This document shows positions 26,058 to 36,340 of a DNA stretch of 59,090 nt, piece after piece. Source of the stretch: Patescibacteria group bacterium. GTDB lineage: Bacteria; Patescibacteriota; Patescibacteriia; Patescibacteriales; GWC2-42-12. The notes beneath the pieces were generated by a model. That model had not been told where the DNA came from. It was given only the letters and a program-made list of their open reading frames with translations, and made no database searches. The stretch is from positions 1 through 59,090 of the forward strand of contig JBAZRI010000006.1 of the NCBI GenBank assembly GCA_041662965.1, in the 5' to 3' direction. The position numbers and the translations under genes are program-made. Positions within the stretch are counted from its first letter, which is position 1. Each line of letters begins with the position of its first letter.

Positions 26058-26660
26058 CTAATTGATTTCTTCCTGGGAAATCTTTTTTGAAATCCGAGCG
26101 AATAAATAATGAATTATAATAAACAAAACTATGACCAAAACAATCAAATACTGGCCGTAATAAAAATATTTAGCCAGCGAATCATAGGCTCGGCCGAAAA
26201 AATAGCCTATTACGGTAAAAAAAACCGCCTTAGGCAGGCTTAAGGCGAATAAAATATAAAAAAACTTTTTAAATTCAAGCTTGGCCGCTCCGGTAATAAC
26301 AAAGCCGGGCACGGGTATTATCGGCGAATATTTAATTATAAACAGGGCTTTCCAAGTATGCCGCAATAAAAATTTTTCCAATTTAAAAATCCTTGAATCG
26401 GTTAAGCCGAAATAATGGCCGAATTTTTCCACCATGCCGGCCCGGCTGATATAACCGATAAAATAAAGAATAACATCAACCGCCAGCTCGCCGAAAAAAG
26501 CCAGACTGAAAATAAAATAAACATTTAAATAGCCCAAAGCCGCGGCAAAAGCCGCGGCCGAAATAAAAATCGGACCGCCAACAATAATGGCGGCAAAAAT
26601 CATTAAGTAACTGCTGGTTAAAATCCATGGCAAAATTATTGAAAAACTGGAAGCTGGCAT
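26058..26660 (-). CDS. DedA/VTT-domain membrane protein
   Basis: Polytopic 200-aa protein with a DedA-like topology and loop pattern. Confidence 0.55.
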   Translation of the reverse strand: MPASSFSIILPWILTSSYLMIFAAIIVGGPIFISAAAFAAALGYLNVYFIFSLAFFGELAVDVILYFIGYISRAGMVEKFGHYFGLTDSRIFKLEKFLLRHTWKALFIIKYSPIIPVPGFVITGAAKLEFKKFFYILFALSLPKAVFFTVIGYFFGRAYDSLAKYFYYGQYLIVLVIVLFIIIHYLFARISKKISQEEIN

Positions 26661-27061
26661 TAGGTAATTTTAATCTTATTTAAAACTTCTTGGGCTTCAT
26701 TGCCTTGATATTTTTTTGGCGGCCACAACTTTAGGCAATCATCCAATAATCTCGGCGTAACATGAAAATGCAAATGCGGCACGACTTGGCCGGCCGCCGG
26801 ATCATTATTGGCTTGCACATTATAGCCTGGCACGGCCAAATTTTTCTTAAGGCTAAGGCCGACCTTTTTTATCGCCTTGATAATTTCGCATAATATTTCA
26901 TCGTCCGCTTCCTCAATATTAGTCAGATGTTTTTTGGATACCACTAAAGTATGGCCGGGGTTTACCGGGTTTATGTCCAAAAAGGCCAAAACCTGATCAT
27001 CTTCGTAGACTTTATAGCATGGCAATTCACCGGCAATGATTTTACAAAAAATACAAGACAT
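26660..27061 (-). CDS. HIT-family nucleotide hydrolase
   Basis: Start set to MSCIFCKII...; histidine triad HLHFHV. The 9 upstream codons of the track ORF come from the adjacent repeat. Confidence 0.85.
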   Translation of the reverse strand: MSCIFCKIIAGELPCYKVYEDDQVLAFLDINPVNPGHTLVVSKKHLTNIEEADDEILCEIIKAIKKVGLSLKKNLAVPGYNVQANNDPAAGQVVPHLHFHVTPRLLDDCLKLWPPKKYQGNEAQEVLNKIKIT

Positions 27062-27070
27062 ATGATTTGC

Positions 27071-27218
27071 TGTCATCGCGAGGAGCAATAGCGACGAAGC
27101 AATCTCACAGACAACACATTTTCACTAAAATATTACCACCTTCCCGCTTATGTGATATTCGTGAGATTGCCTGCCTGCCGGTAGGCAGGCTTCGCTCCTT
27201 TCAGTCGCTCGCAATGAC
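27071..27218. repeat. MITE-like palindromic element (tgtcatcgcgag family) with nested GC palindrome
   Basis: tgtcatcgcgaggagcaatagcgacgaagcaatctcac ... gtgagattgc-cctgcctgccggtaggcagg-cttcgct...gctcgcaatgac. Confidence 0.7.
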
Positions 27219-27226
27219 GAAAATAT

Positions 27227-27679
27227 TTAATTAATTTGATATGGCGAATCAAGATCACTCTCCCACCTAACTTCGTCAACTTCTTCTTTTTTCCCCTCGC
27301 CTTTATATAATTTATCCGGCAGATTTATGCACCAGCCGTCCGCGCTGGAAATATTTTTATAGCCATGCACTACGCCGGGCGGCACAATTACCAAAACCGG
27401 GTTATCCTCTCCGGTTTGAATTTTCATATATTCGCCGTTAGTCCGGCTATTTTCCCGCCTATCCCATAAGTGCAGCTCAAAATTACCAGGGCCAACAAAT
27501 ACAAATCCATCGCTCTGATATTTATGTTCATGCGGCCCGCGCGCTATACCCGGCTTAGTCACGCTAATATAAGCCATAGCCGGACGATATTCTACTTCGT
27601 CCTGGCGATAAAATTCGGCTAACCAGCCCCTAGGGTCCTGATTCTTAGCGATTTTTTTGATTATTACGCCATCGATCAT
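27227..27679 (-). CDS. RmlC-like cupin (dTDP-4-dehydrorhamnose 3,5-epimerase / ketoisomerase family)
   Basis: 150-aa cupin, DPRGWLAEF...ARGPHEH pattern. Shorter than canonical RmlC, so the exact activity is uncertain. Confidence 0.6.
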   Translation of the reverse strand: MIDGVIIKKIAKNQDPRGWLAEFYRQDEVEYRPAMAYISVTKPGIARGPHEHKYQSDGFVFVGPGNFELHLWDRRENSRTNGEYMKIQTGEDNPVLVIVPPGVVHGYKNISSADGWCINLPDKLYKGEGKKEEVDEVRWESDLDSPYQIN

Positions 27680-27784
27680 ATAATTGTATTATAGCACAAT
27701 TCAGTAATTTTCAATTATCAATTTTCAAACAATGTTTTAATTTATTAATTTTCAAATTGAAAATTTAATAATTGATCATTCATT

Positions 27785-27809
27785 CCTGCCTGCCTGCCGG
27801 CAGGCAGGG
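27785..27809. repeat. GC-rich palindrome cctgcctgcctgccggcaggcaggg
   Basis: Same word as at 20897-20940, 27170-27189 and 39860-39880; here it is embedded in AT-rich aaaattgaaaatt hairpin arms. Confidence 0.6.
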
Positions 27810-27836
27810 AAAATTGGTCATTGAAAATTGAAAATT

Positions 27837-29387
27837 TTAAGCCTTCCTCACTTTCGGCGTTACCCAAAAACCCATGTACTTGCCAAACATCAGCCGGGTT
27901 TGCGCGTCCAGGCCGGGTATGGCGCCAAAAAGTATGATGCTAACCGGCAAAATCAGCCACTGCAATACCATAGTCAAGCTCTTGCCAAAGCCGTATTTTT
28001 CCGGCCGCTTAGGCAGCAACATGGAAGAAATAATGGCGGAAAAAACCATGCCGACCATAGCCACGGTCATCAAAGTCCGCGATACTACCGGCAAATTGCT
28101 TGATAAAACGGTTATATTAAAACGATCGCCGCCCAAAATCATGGGCATCCAGCCGATGACGCCGATTATTAAAGCATTGGTCGCCCAAGAATTAAAGCCG
28201 TATAGCTGGATGAAAATTTTATTGATTACCTTACCGACGGGCAAATTCTTTCTCTCCTTTATGGCATTAAACATTAAATAAGGCAGATTTTCCACGCCCC
28301 AGCCCCAGCGCCTCTGCTGTTTATATAAATTTTTCATGGTGCGGATCGTAGTTTCGTCCATGCAAACATCCATGGAAACCGGAAAGTACAAAGGTTCAAC
28401 GCGATAATTGCCTTTATAGTTAAGATAGCAATGCCAAAAAACGCGCGAATCTTCGCTCACCATATTAGTAGACCAAAAATCTATATCTACCAAAGCCCGC
28501 CAAGTCATGGAGTGGGAAGAATAAGTCGCCAGCTTTTCCTGCCTGATCTGCTGCATCATCTGCCAAAAAGTATTGGAGGCGGCCGCTACGCGCGCGAAAA
28601 AAGGCGCTTGCCAGATATTATTATGATAGACCGGGATGGGCTGGTAGCTGGCCAAATACGGATCGGCTACGGTTAAAAATTTATGAGTCAAACAATAAAA
28701 ATAGCCGGGGATAACGACCGTATCCATGTCAAAAACACTAATTAAAATTTTATCATAATCATAATTGAATTTATCAATAATTTCTTGCTTGACTTGTCTC
28801 GCCGCCCAAGCCTGATTAGCGCCTTTACCTTTGATTTCACCGGCTATGTTATCAGGATGAACGGTTATTAAAAAATGCTTGAATTTATCAGCGAACTCAT
28901 ACTCAATTATCCGAGCTCTTTCCCTGGCTTCGCTGCCGGCCCGTTCTTCAATAGCTAAAACCATAATTATTTTATCGGTCGGATAACCGTCTTGAATCAG
29001 AGCCTCAAAGCTCGGCCTGATAACTTCCAGACTTTCATTATAAGTTGGAAAAATCACTAGATGAATAATATCTTGCCACTTAAAATTATTGGCCGAAGAG
29101 GCCGGTAATTCTTCGCATCGCTTAAACCAATCAATTTTTATATTTTTTTTCATGCTTAAATAAGCGGCAAAAAGATTTATGCCTAAATAGATTACGAGCA
29201 GCAGCCAATAAACATCAAAAGCAATAATAAAATAAGCCACCCAAACCGGTTTTATCGCGGAAAACACCAGTAAAATAATTAAGGTTGCCCAAGACAAAAA
29301 ACCGGGAAAAATTTCCAAAAGGCGGTAAAGCCTTCTGTCTTTCGCGTCAACTAAATCGGTCGCTTTGCTTATTTTCAAATATTGCAT
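27837..29387 (-). CDS. processive membrane glycosyltransferase family 2 (cellulose/chitin-synthase-like)
   Basis: N- and C-terminal TM bundles around a GT-A domain; QQRRWGWG (QxxRW) motif. Confidence 0.75.
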   Translation of the reverse strand: MQYLKISKATDLVDAKDRRLYRLLEIFPGFLSWATLIILLVFSAIKPVWVAYFIIAFDVYWLLLVIYLGINLFAAYLSMKKNIKIDWFKRCEELPASSANNFKWQDIIHLVIFPTYNESLEVIRPSFEALIQDGYPTDKIIMVLAIEERAGSEARERARIIEYEFADKFKHFLITVHPDNIAGEIKGKGANQAWAARQVKQEIIDKFNYDYDKILISVFDMDTVVIPGYFYCLTHKFLTVADPYLASYQPIPVYHNNIWQAPFFARVAAASNTFWQMMQQIRQEKLATYSSHSMTWRALVDIDFWSTNMVSEDSRVFWHCYLNYKGNYRVEPLYFPVSMDVCMDETTIRTMKNLYKQQRRWGWGVENLPYLMFNAIKERKNLPVGKVINKIFIQLYGFNSWATNALIIGVIGWMPMILGGDRFNITVLSSNLPVVSRTLMTVAMVGMVFSAIISSMLLPKRPEKYGFGKSLTMVLQWLILPVSIILFGAIPGLDAQTRLMFGKYMGFWVTPKVRKA

Positions 29388-29410
29388 AAAAATACGAAAA
29401 TAAAAAAAAA

Positions 29411-30151
29411 TTATTTATTTCGCTCGCCAATATTCGCGCCGTCCGTATTTATTTTTTTGAATAAATAACCGCCGGCAAAATACAATAAATATAAACCGAG
29501 CGTAAAAATCAGCCAATCTATAAAATAATTTATATTTAACAAATAAACTAAAAACACCCGCCAAAGCCAAAACGGATAAAGAAAAACATCCCAGCTGTTA
29601 AAACGGTTTAATAAGCCGAGCAATACGCCTAGCGAAGTTATGGGAATAATCAAAGCGGCGAAAAAACTTGGCCGTAATTTTTTAAATATCTCATGAGCCA
29701 AATCAGACATTAATTTCAGGAGATAATAAAAAGAAACCCAGCCGAAGCCGGAGTAAATAAAAAAAACCATAATCATCCAGGCATTATCCGCGCAAACTCT
29801 GTCCGGCGAATCAAGCGGACAATAATTTAAAAGATGCCTGATATCGGTTATGATATAAGCCGTATTGGGAAAAAATAACAGCCAAAAAATAAACAAAATA
29901 ACCGCGGCTATTTTTTGATAAAATTTCCTTAAACCGGTACGGCGCCAATACGATTTTAAAAAAATATAAAACGCTAGCGGCAGCAAAACTAAAAAAATAT
30001 TCCAAATAACGGTAACCAGCTGATAATCATTAATGGCGATATTATTTAAAGCCGGATAATGATTATAAAAATTATCGAGGCTTAAAAATGATATATGTAT
30101 AATTCTGTCCATAAAAAATAAATAACTGCCGCGTTGCTGTCGTGCCGCCAT
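29411..30151 (-). CDS. polytopic membrane protein (DUF1361-like)
   Basis: About 7 predicted TM helices, WNIFLVLLPL motif. The start may be the internal MDRIIH (30112). Confidence 0.45.
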   Translation of the reverse strand: MAARQQRGSYLFFMDRIIHISFLSLDNFYNHYPALNNIAINDYQLVTVIWNIFLVLLPLAFYIFLKSYWRRTGLRKFYQKIAAVILFIFWLLFFPNTAYIITDIRHLLNYCPLDSPDRVCADNAWMIMVFFIYSGFGWVSFYYLLKLMSDLAHEIFKKLRPSFFAALIIPITSLGVLLGLLNRFNSWDVFLYPFWLWRVFLVYLLNINYFIDWLIFTLGLYLLYFAGGYLFKKINTDGANIGERNK

Positions 30152-30170
30152 CTTATAGCAACAAAAGCGG

Positions 30171-32009
30171 CTAATCGCGGCTTAAGATCACATCTTCATT
30201 TTCTTTTATAACAGCGCCGGATTGATCGGCCTTATCAGAACCAGGCGTTTTAAAATTACCCGGCCTTGGTTCAATTTTCTTGCCTTGAAAATTAACCGGT
30301 CCGCTTTTAATCGCCTGCCCCAAACTAACAGCCGGCGCCGGCTTAGCGGCCGAAAAATTTTCGCTGATTTCCGGCCTAGCCTTAACCGAGATGCTTGATA
30401 ACTCCCGCTTTTTAGCCTCTAGCCTGCCCTCTATTTCTTGTTTTTTTTCTTTTTTAACCAAACTCAAACAATCTCTGCAGAAAATCGGCCTAATCCCGTC
30501 AGGCACGAAAGAAATTTGCGTTGGCTTAGAGCAGCGGCTGCAAACATAATTATATTTATTAATATCCGGCTCTTTAAAATTTTCCGCCGGCGGCTTGATC
30601 ACGGTGTTTTTATCGCCAGGCGCCGGCGAAAAAAATTTTGGCGCTTGTCTCGGCGCCGTAAACTGCCGCGCCTCCGCTTCTTTAAATATTTTTCTTTCCG
30701 GCCTTTTTTCAATTTTATCTACCATATCTTCATTATTGGCGTGCCAACGGTTAATTTTTTCTTCAACCGCCAGTCTTTGCTTAGCGTATCTTTCGCGCGA
30801 GACCTTAATCACTTTTTCTTTATTATCTGTTTTTTCTTCGTCGGTCAAAGGCGCCCGGCCGCGGGCGGAAAAAGGATCGGAAGAAACCCCGTCAATCATT
30901 AATTTAATATAAAATTCATATTTGGCTAAATTAACCAAATCTTCTTCAGTGAATACCGGAGTAAACTCTTTGACCAATTCTTCGGCGTCAGTCGCGCCCA
31001 CCCTGAAAACAACCAAAGTGCCGACGTTGCCGAAAACCGCCGGCTTAACTATCTCTCCCAGCTGTTCAATATATTGATGCGCCATTATTAAATTAAGCCG
31101 ATACTTTCTGGCTTCGGATAAAATATTGGCAAAACTGTCAGTCGTAAAATTTTGGAATTCATCAATATAAAGATAAAAATCTTTACGGTCACGCTCCAAT
31201 ATATCAACCCGGCTCATAACCGATAGCTGGACTTTAGTAATCATCATGGCGCCGAGTAGCGCCGAATTATCTTCGCCAATCCGGCCCTTGCTTAAATTCA
31301 AAATTAAAATTTTTCCCGTATCCATAACTTCTCTTAAATCAATTGAGGATTTAACTTGGCCGACGATATTTCTTATGAGCGCGCTGGATAAAAACTGCCC
31401 GACTTTATTCTGAATCGGCGAAACCGCTTCCGAAGCGAAATTATTGGCATAACCGGAAAATTCATTAACCCAAAAAGATTTAACCACCGGATCCTGAATT
31501 TTTTCAATAACTTTTTTCCTGAAATTTTTATCCGAGAGCATCCTGGTTATGGCTAAGAGCGTCGAACCCGGATAATCTAAAACAGCTAAAATGGCATTGC
31601 GTAAAATATATTCCAGCCTCGGTCCCCAAGAATCTGCCCAAAGCTTTTTAAAAACTCCTATCAGGCCGGAAGCGACTAAATGCCTTAAGTGCGGCTCCAC
31701 CTGTTCAACTATGTTAAAAGCGATCGGATAATCAATGTCGGACGGATTAAAATAAATTACATCGTTAACCCGGCTGGAAGGAATATAGTCAATAATTTTT
31801 TCCGCCAAATCTCCATGAGGGTCAACCACCATAACGCCTTTGCCCGACCTGATATCGTCAACAATCATATTTTCCAAAATAGTTGACTTGCCCATGCCGG
31901 TTTTACCAACCAAATACATATGGCGGCGGCGATCGTCGGTTTTAATACCGAACTGCCTATATTGATTGCGAAAATTTGTTTCCGCGAAAACTGTTATTTC
32001 TTCTGGCAT
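30171..32009 (-). CDS. VirD4/TraD-like coupling-protein-family P-loop ATPase with C-terminal zinc ribbon
   Basis: Walker A GKTGMGKST, Walker B FYLYIDEFQNF. C-terminal CSRC...FVPDGIRPIFCRDC (CxxC-x17-CxxC type ribbon). Confidence 0.65.
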   Translation of the reverse strand: MPEEITVFAETNFRNQYRQFGIKTDDRRRHMYLVGKTGMGKSTILENMIVDDIRSGKGVMVVDPHGDLAEKIIDYIPSSRVNDVIYFNPSDIDYPIAFNIVEQVEPHLRHLVASGLIGVFKKLWADSWGPRLEYILRNAILAVLDYPGSTLLAITRMLSDKNFRKKVIEKIQDPVVKSFWVNEFSGYANNFASEAVSPIQNKVGQFLSSALIRNIVGQVKSSIDLREVMDTGKILILNLSKGRIGEDNSALLGAMMITKVQLSVMSRVDILERDRKDFYLYIDEFQNFTTDSFANILSEARKYRLNLIMAHQYIEQLGEIVKPAVFGNVGTLVVFRVGATDAEELVKEFTPVFTEEDLVNLAKYEFYIKLMIDGVSSDPFSARGRAPLTDEEKTDNKEKVIKVSRERYAKQRLAVEEKINRWHANNEDMVDKIEKRPERKIFKEAEARQFTAPRQAPKFFSPAPGDKNTVIKPPAENFKEPDINKYNYVCSRCSKPTQISFVPDGIRPIFCRDCLSLVKKEKKQEIEGRLEAKKRELSSISVKARPEISENFSAAKPAPAVSLGQAIKSGPVNFQGKKIEPRPGNFKTPGSDKADQSGAVIKENEDVILSRD

Positions 32010-32011
32010 AA

Positions 32012-32150
32012 AAAAATATAATATCTAATTATTCTAATTTCTAATTTATCTAATTAAACCCCAAACTCCAATGGCCAATGACCAAGCCAACCCTAATTTT
32101 ATAATTTAATTTTATTGGTCATTGGGATTTGGTTATTGGGATTTTCAGCA
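32012..32150. repeat. AT-rich long imperfect palindrome (ctaatt / ccaatg word family)
   Basis: atctaattaaaccccaaactccaatggccaatgaccaa ... ttggtcattgggatttggttattggg; same family as 1141-1335. Confidence 0.6.
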
Positions 32151-33617
32151 TTACACTATCGGCAAATTATCCGGCGGTAAATCTTTCGGCTTAGCCTTTG
32201 ACTTATTTTCATCTAATTTATCGGCTGAAGCAAAAATATTTTCGGCTTTAGTCGGAAAACCGAACTCCAAATCTTTAGCTGAACTTTCTATGCTTACGGG
32301 CAAGCCGGCCGGCGGTTCGGCTTTTCTGCCCGGAGCCTTCTGGACTAAAGGCGCTTTAACCGAAGCTTCAACCGGAAAATGCCAGATTGAGGCTAATTCT
32401 TCGGTATTAAGAATATGCGGCAACCGTCCGCGGGCATCGCTTCTTAACCTATAAGCCGTCATTAATTTATTCTTTCTAGCGTTAACGCGATATTTGCCAA
32501 AAATTCTGTCATAAGTCACTTTAGTCATAGTGCCGCCATCGCCCGTATCCGGCTTATAGGAATTCAAATCGTTAAAATTAAATTGCTTCATATAGCCGGT
32601 AAAACCGTAAGCTACCTTATTTTTATTCATGGTTTCCTTTTTAGTCAGATAAAGATACCTGATTTTAACGCCAAAGCCGATCTTACCGATTTTTTCCTGT
32701 ATTTCTTCAACCTGTCTTTTTTGCCTGGGCTTTAAATTCATCATTTTAAATTGCGGCTCTTTTTCTTCCGCTTTAGCGGCATCAATATCTCCCCATAAGC
32801 TATAAATCATTTCACTTATCGACCCCATAAAATTAACTATGCCGTCAATAAGTTTATCCGCCAGATTATTTCCCTTTGTTTTTTCGCCGATAATTTTTTT
32901 TATTTCCTCTTCGCCTTCATCCTCCCACTTAGTGCCGATTGGTATGGTTAAAATTTGATACCATAATTGTTCGCCTTTTTTCATGCTGCCCATCAAATCC
33001 ATCAGTACGGCCATAGGATCTTTATATTGAGTTTCCGGCTCGCCCATCTGATGCTCAAAATGCTTATAAGTCTTGATCGGATAAACCGAATTTTTCACTA
33101 AAATATATTCACTGCCGAAAATATCATATTCTTCATCAGGGAAAACCGTGGGCAAGCCCTGGGTATAATCGTTGACCTCGGTAATTTCCGCGTCCGGATA
33201 TTGGGAATAAATCGCCGCTTCCACTAAATTACGATATTTTTCCGGTAGCCAGATTAAAAATTGAGTATAACCGTCAATACTGACTATCTCAAAGCTGAAA
33301 AAAAGCTGCCACTCGCCCAGCCACCATTTTTCAAATAAATCCTTGGTGCTATGCGCGCCGGCTAAATAAGCAAAAATATTTTCTACGGCCATGGGCGTTT
33401 GGGCGTTGCCTCGCGGCACATCTATAGCCAATAAAACGGCTTTTTCTGAAGCGCCGTAAGCTAAACGGATATACCTTAGCCAAACTTGAGCCACGCCCCA
33501 AATAAAAGTAGCGGCAATCGGAATCCAGCCGACATAAAGAAACAGCTTTAAGAGTATTTGATCCGCCGGCAAAGCCAAAAAATCCATTATTGGCTGTAAA
33601 TTTATAACTATATCCAT
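32151..33617 (-). CDS. hypothetical membrane-anchored protein, genomic partner of the VirD4-like ATPase
   Basis: N-terminal TM segment then a 440-aa soluble part; no motif recognised. Lies directly upstream of the ATPase gene on the same strand. Confidence 0.5.
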   Translation of the reverse strand: MDIVINLQPIMDFLALPADQILLKLFLYVGWIPIAATFIWGVAQVWLRYIRLAYGASEKAVLLAIDVPRGNAQTPMAVENIFAYLAGAHSTKDLFEKWWLGEWQLFFSFEIVSIDGYTQFLIWLPEKYRNLVEAAIYSQYPDAEITEVNDYTQGLPTVFPDEEYDIFGSEYILVKNSVYPIKTYKHFEHQMGEPETQYKDPMAVLMDLMGSMKKGEQLWYQILTIPIGTKWEDEGEEEIKKIIGEKTKGNNLADKLIDGIVNFMGSISEMIYSLWGDIDAAKAEEKEPQFKMMNLKPRQKRQVEEIQEKIGKIGFGVKIRYLYLTKKETMNKNKVAYGFTGYMKQFNFNDLNSYKPDTGDGGTMTKVTYDRIFGKYRVNARKNKLMTAYRLRSDARGRLPHILNTEELASIWHFPVEASVKAPLVQKAPGRKAEPPAGLPVSIESSAKDLEFGFPTKAENIFASADKLDENKSKAKPKDLPPDNLPIV

Positions 33618-33894
33618 GAGAGATCGGTTATAAGTTAGTTGGTTAATCAGTTGGCTAGTTGCCTCATATAAACAAAAAATCGCTCAACCGGTTAACCGAT
33701 TAACTGATTTTATTCTACCATATTTACCCTAATTCTGCCAAATAAAAAACAGACTTAACTCAACTGATAATTATCAGCTGGATTAAATCCGCTTTTTATA
33801 AAGAAACTCATTAAATTTTTATTTTTATTTTTACCCTGTCAAATAATTTCGCCCCTGGCTAAATTAGCGCTAAGCGCTATTTGACGGGGTAAAA

Positions 33895-35127
33895 TTATTC
33901 GCTAACCGGCTTATTATTTTTTATTTTATATTTACCGTCGCCAGTAACTTCAAACTTATCCCGATTCATTAAAGCTAAATTTATAGTGGCTTTTTTAACA
34001 ATCCTTTGCTCTAAAACTTTATTGATAATTTCTTCGCGGTTCAAAGGCTGGCCTGATTCAGCTATGATTTTTTCAATCACGTCGGCGACCGTGCCTTTCT
34101 GATAGCCCCATTCTTTCAGCCCATAAAGGCCGCGGCCGACTAAAATATATTTTTCATCTAAAATCAATTCATTATGCACCGTAGCCGCGTTGGCTTTTTT
34201 CTTGTCAAAACTTATTTGATTTATTCTATCGGCGATCTCGGCAAAATGCATAGGCTTGCCGCTATTTTTTAAAATCAAATAAATTTTATCGTTAATTGTT
34301 TTCGGCTTGATCTCGCGCCAATCATTTATGCCCCAAAGGCCGAATTTATTTTGTTCAATTTTCTTGGCAGCCTGCAAAATTGAATAAATAACTTTATTGC
34401 CGTTAACTACATCGGCATTTTCTTTAAATAAATCATTGGCTAAAATTCCGGATATATCTAAATTGCCGGCCGGGCTGAATTTTTCCTCGTTATTTTTATA
34501 AGCCTCGAGGCTTTTCGACAAATTAACCAATTCTTCGGTCATAAATATCTTTTTGATTTCTTGTATTTTTTCCAAAAGCTCTTTAGCTAAAGCTTCTAAA
34601 TGCTCCAAAGACTGATATTTTAATTTAAAAGATTCTTTAAAATGCTCTGAATCGCCTATGGCTTCAAATTCGTCATGCAATAATTTTGATATTAAAAAAT
34701 CAAAATGGCGCTTATGTTTTATTTCATTGGCGCCGTTTTTACCGCCGCTGATGGAAAAATTAACCAAATTATTAAACAAATATTCTTTTTCCATAAGTCC
34801 GCCGTGTTCTTCCAGCAAATTGATTATAATATTTTTTAAACCGCTTAAATAATTGTCTAAATTCTCAAGCTGCCTTAACCTTTTAATGCTGGCGGTTTCA
34901 ATCTGCCTGATGCGCTCTCTGGTTAATTTATGGATTTTACCGATTTCTTCCAAAGTTTCTTTCGTGTTTCCGCCCAAGCCAAACCGCCTAATTAAAACAT
35001 CGCGCTCTCTTTCTTCGAGCTCGCTGAATAAATTAGTGATTATTTCAACCGCGTCAAGTTTAGCGACTTCCTCGGCTTGATGGTTGTTCATTATTTGGTC
35101 TAAAATGGATTTATTGTCATTTTCCAT
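33895..35127 (-). CDS. sigma-70 region-4-like HTH protein with C-terminal HARE-HTH-like domain
   Basis: ERERDVLIRRFGL...TLEEIGKIHKLTRERIRQIETASIKRLR is a region 4.2 signature. The C-terminus (MHFAEIADRINQ...LYGLKEWG) resembles the RpoE-delta/HARE-HTH fold. Confidence 0.5.
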   Translation of the reverse strand: MENDNKSILDQIMNNHQAEEVAKLDAVEIITNLFSELEERERDVLIRRFGLGGNTKETLEEIGKIHKLTRERIRQIETASIKRLRQLENLDNYLSGLKNIIINLLEEHGGLMEKEYLFNNLVNFSISGGKNGANEIKHKRHFDFLISKLLHDEFEAIGDSEHFKESFKLKYQSLEHLEALAKELLEKIQEIKKIFMTEELVNLSKSLEAYKNNEEKFSPAGNLDISGILANDLFKENADVVNGNKVIYSILQAAKKIEQNKFGLWGINDWREIKPKTINDKIYLILKNSGKPMHFAEIADRINQISFDKKKANAATVHNELILDEKYILVGRGLYGLKEWGYQKGTVADVIEKIIAESGQPLNREEIINKVLEQRIVKKATINLALMNRDKFEVTGDGKYKIKNNKPVSE

Positions 35128-35288
35128 AAAATTGCTTACCCCGCCTCGCGCAGAGAAAAAAATTTAAATTAATATCTCCTTTTTTAAAATATATTAAACA
35201 AGACTATCAGGTTTTTGTCTATTGTATATTTTATTGCAATATATTAACATATTTATTTTCATAAGTCAAGGACTATAAAAAAATATAA

Positions 35289-35312
35289 ATAAAAAAGGCT
35301 AGTATTAGCCTT
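35289..35312 (-). terminator. intrinsic terminator after murB
   Basis: aaggcta-gtat-tagcctt hairpin followed on the minus strand by a T-run. Confidence 0.5.
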
Positions 35313-35345
35313 AAATTATCTTAATCTACTGATTAGCTCCTAACC

Positions 35346-36299
35346 TTAAAAATACTGAACTTCTTCTTCCAGGTTAATTTTATATTTATTTTTAATTTTA
35401 ATTTTTATTAAATTTATAAGGTTAACCACATCCTCGGCTTGGGCTTTGCCCGTATTTATTATGAAATTAGCATGCTTTTTACTAACTTTAGCTCCGCCCA
35501 CGATTTTACCTTTAAGCCCAAGCCGATCAATCAGCAAACCAGCGCTGATTTTACCGTTTTTAACTAAGCCTTTGGACGTTAAAGCTTCGGCCAACTTCTT
35601 ATTCCGCCTTAAAACTTTTTTATATTCCAAATTTTTAAAAACACAGCCGGCGCTCGGTTCCTTAGGCTTGGAATCAAAGCGATGATTAAAATTTTTCCGG
35701 CTTAAAGCTTCTATTTTTTCTCGCGCGCCTTTAATTAATTTCAATTTAACTCCGACGATTAACAAATTTTTTCTTTTCTTAAAAAGAGAATCGCGATAAT
35801 TAAAGCCGCAAGCTTGGTTATCAAATTTTACGAACTTTTTTCCAGCTAAATCGTAAGCTTCAACTTCGGCGACAGAGTCGGACATATCAAGGCCGTAAGC
35901 TCCGGCGTTTCCCCTAACCGCGCCGCCAAGGCTGCCGGGGATGCCGAAGGCCCATTCCAGCCCGCTTAAGCCGGCCGACGCGGAAATTTTAGCCAGCTTA
36001 GTCAGGCTCGTGCCAGCCCAGCAAGTTACATATTTTTTTTTGATAGAATAATCTTCGCCGGAAATTTTCAAAACCAAGCCTTTAATTTTCTTTCTAACGA
36101 TTAAAATATTGCTGCCGCCGGCTAAAACAGCTAGGGGTAATTTTTTGGCTTTAGCCCAAGCGGCGGCTTGAGCGAGCTCTCGCCTATTTTTTACCGCCAT
36201 AAAAAATTCGGCCTGGCCGCCGATGCGGAAAGTTGTCAAAGGGGTTAAATCAAAATTTTTTTGGATTAATTTCTCTATGGACATATTTAATATTTTCAC
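35346..36299 (-). CDS. murB: UDP-N-acetylenolpyruvoylglucosamine reductase
   Basis: FAD-binding PCMH N-domain (TTFRIGGQAEFF, GGSNIL) and MurB C-terminal domain. Confidence 0.9.
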   Translation of the reverse strand: MKILNMSIEKLIQKNFDLTPLTTFRIGGQAEFFMAVKNRRELAQAAAWAKAKKLPLAVLAGGSNILIVRKKIKGLVLKISGEDYSIKKKYVTCWAGTSLTKLAKISASAGLSGLEWAFGIPGSLGGAVRGNAGAYGLDMSDSVAEVEAYDLAGKKFVKFDNQACGFNYRDSLFKKRKNLLIVGVKLKLIKGAREKIEALSRKNFNHRFDSKPKEPSAGCVFKNLEYKKVLRRNKKLAEALTSKGLVKNGKISAGLLIDRLGLKGKIVGGAKVSKKHANFIINTGKAQAEDVVNLINLIKIKIKNKYKINLEEEVQYF

Positions 36300-36340
36300 G
36301 CACGATTAATCATAATTTATTTGATACATTATATTTTTTG

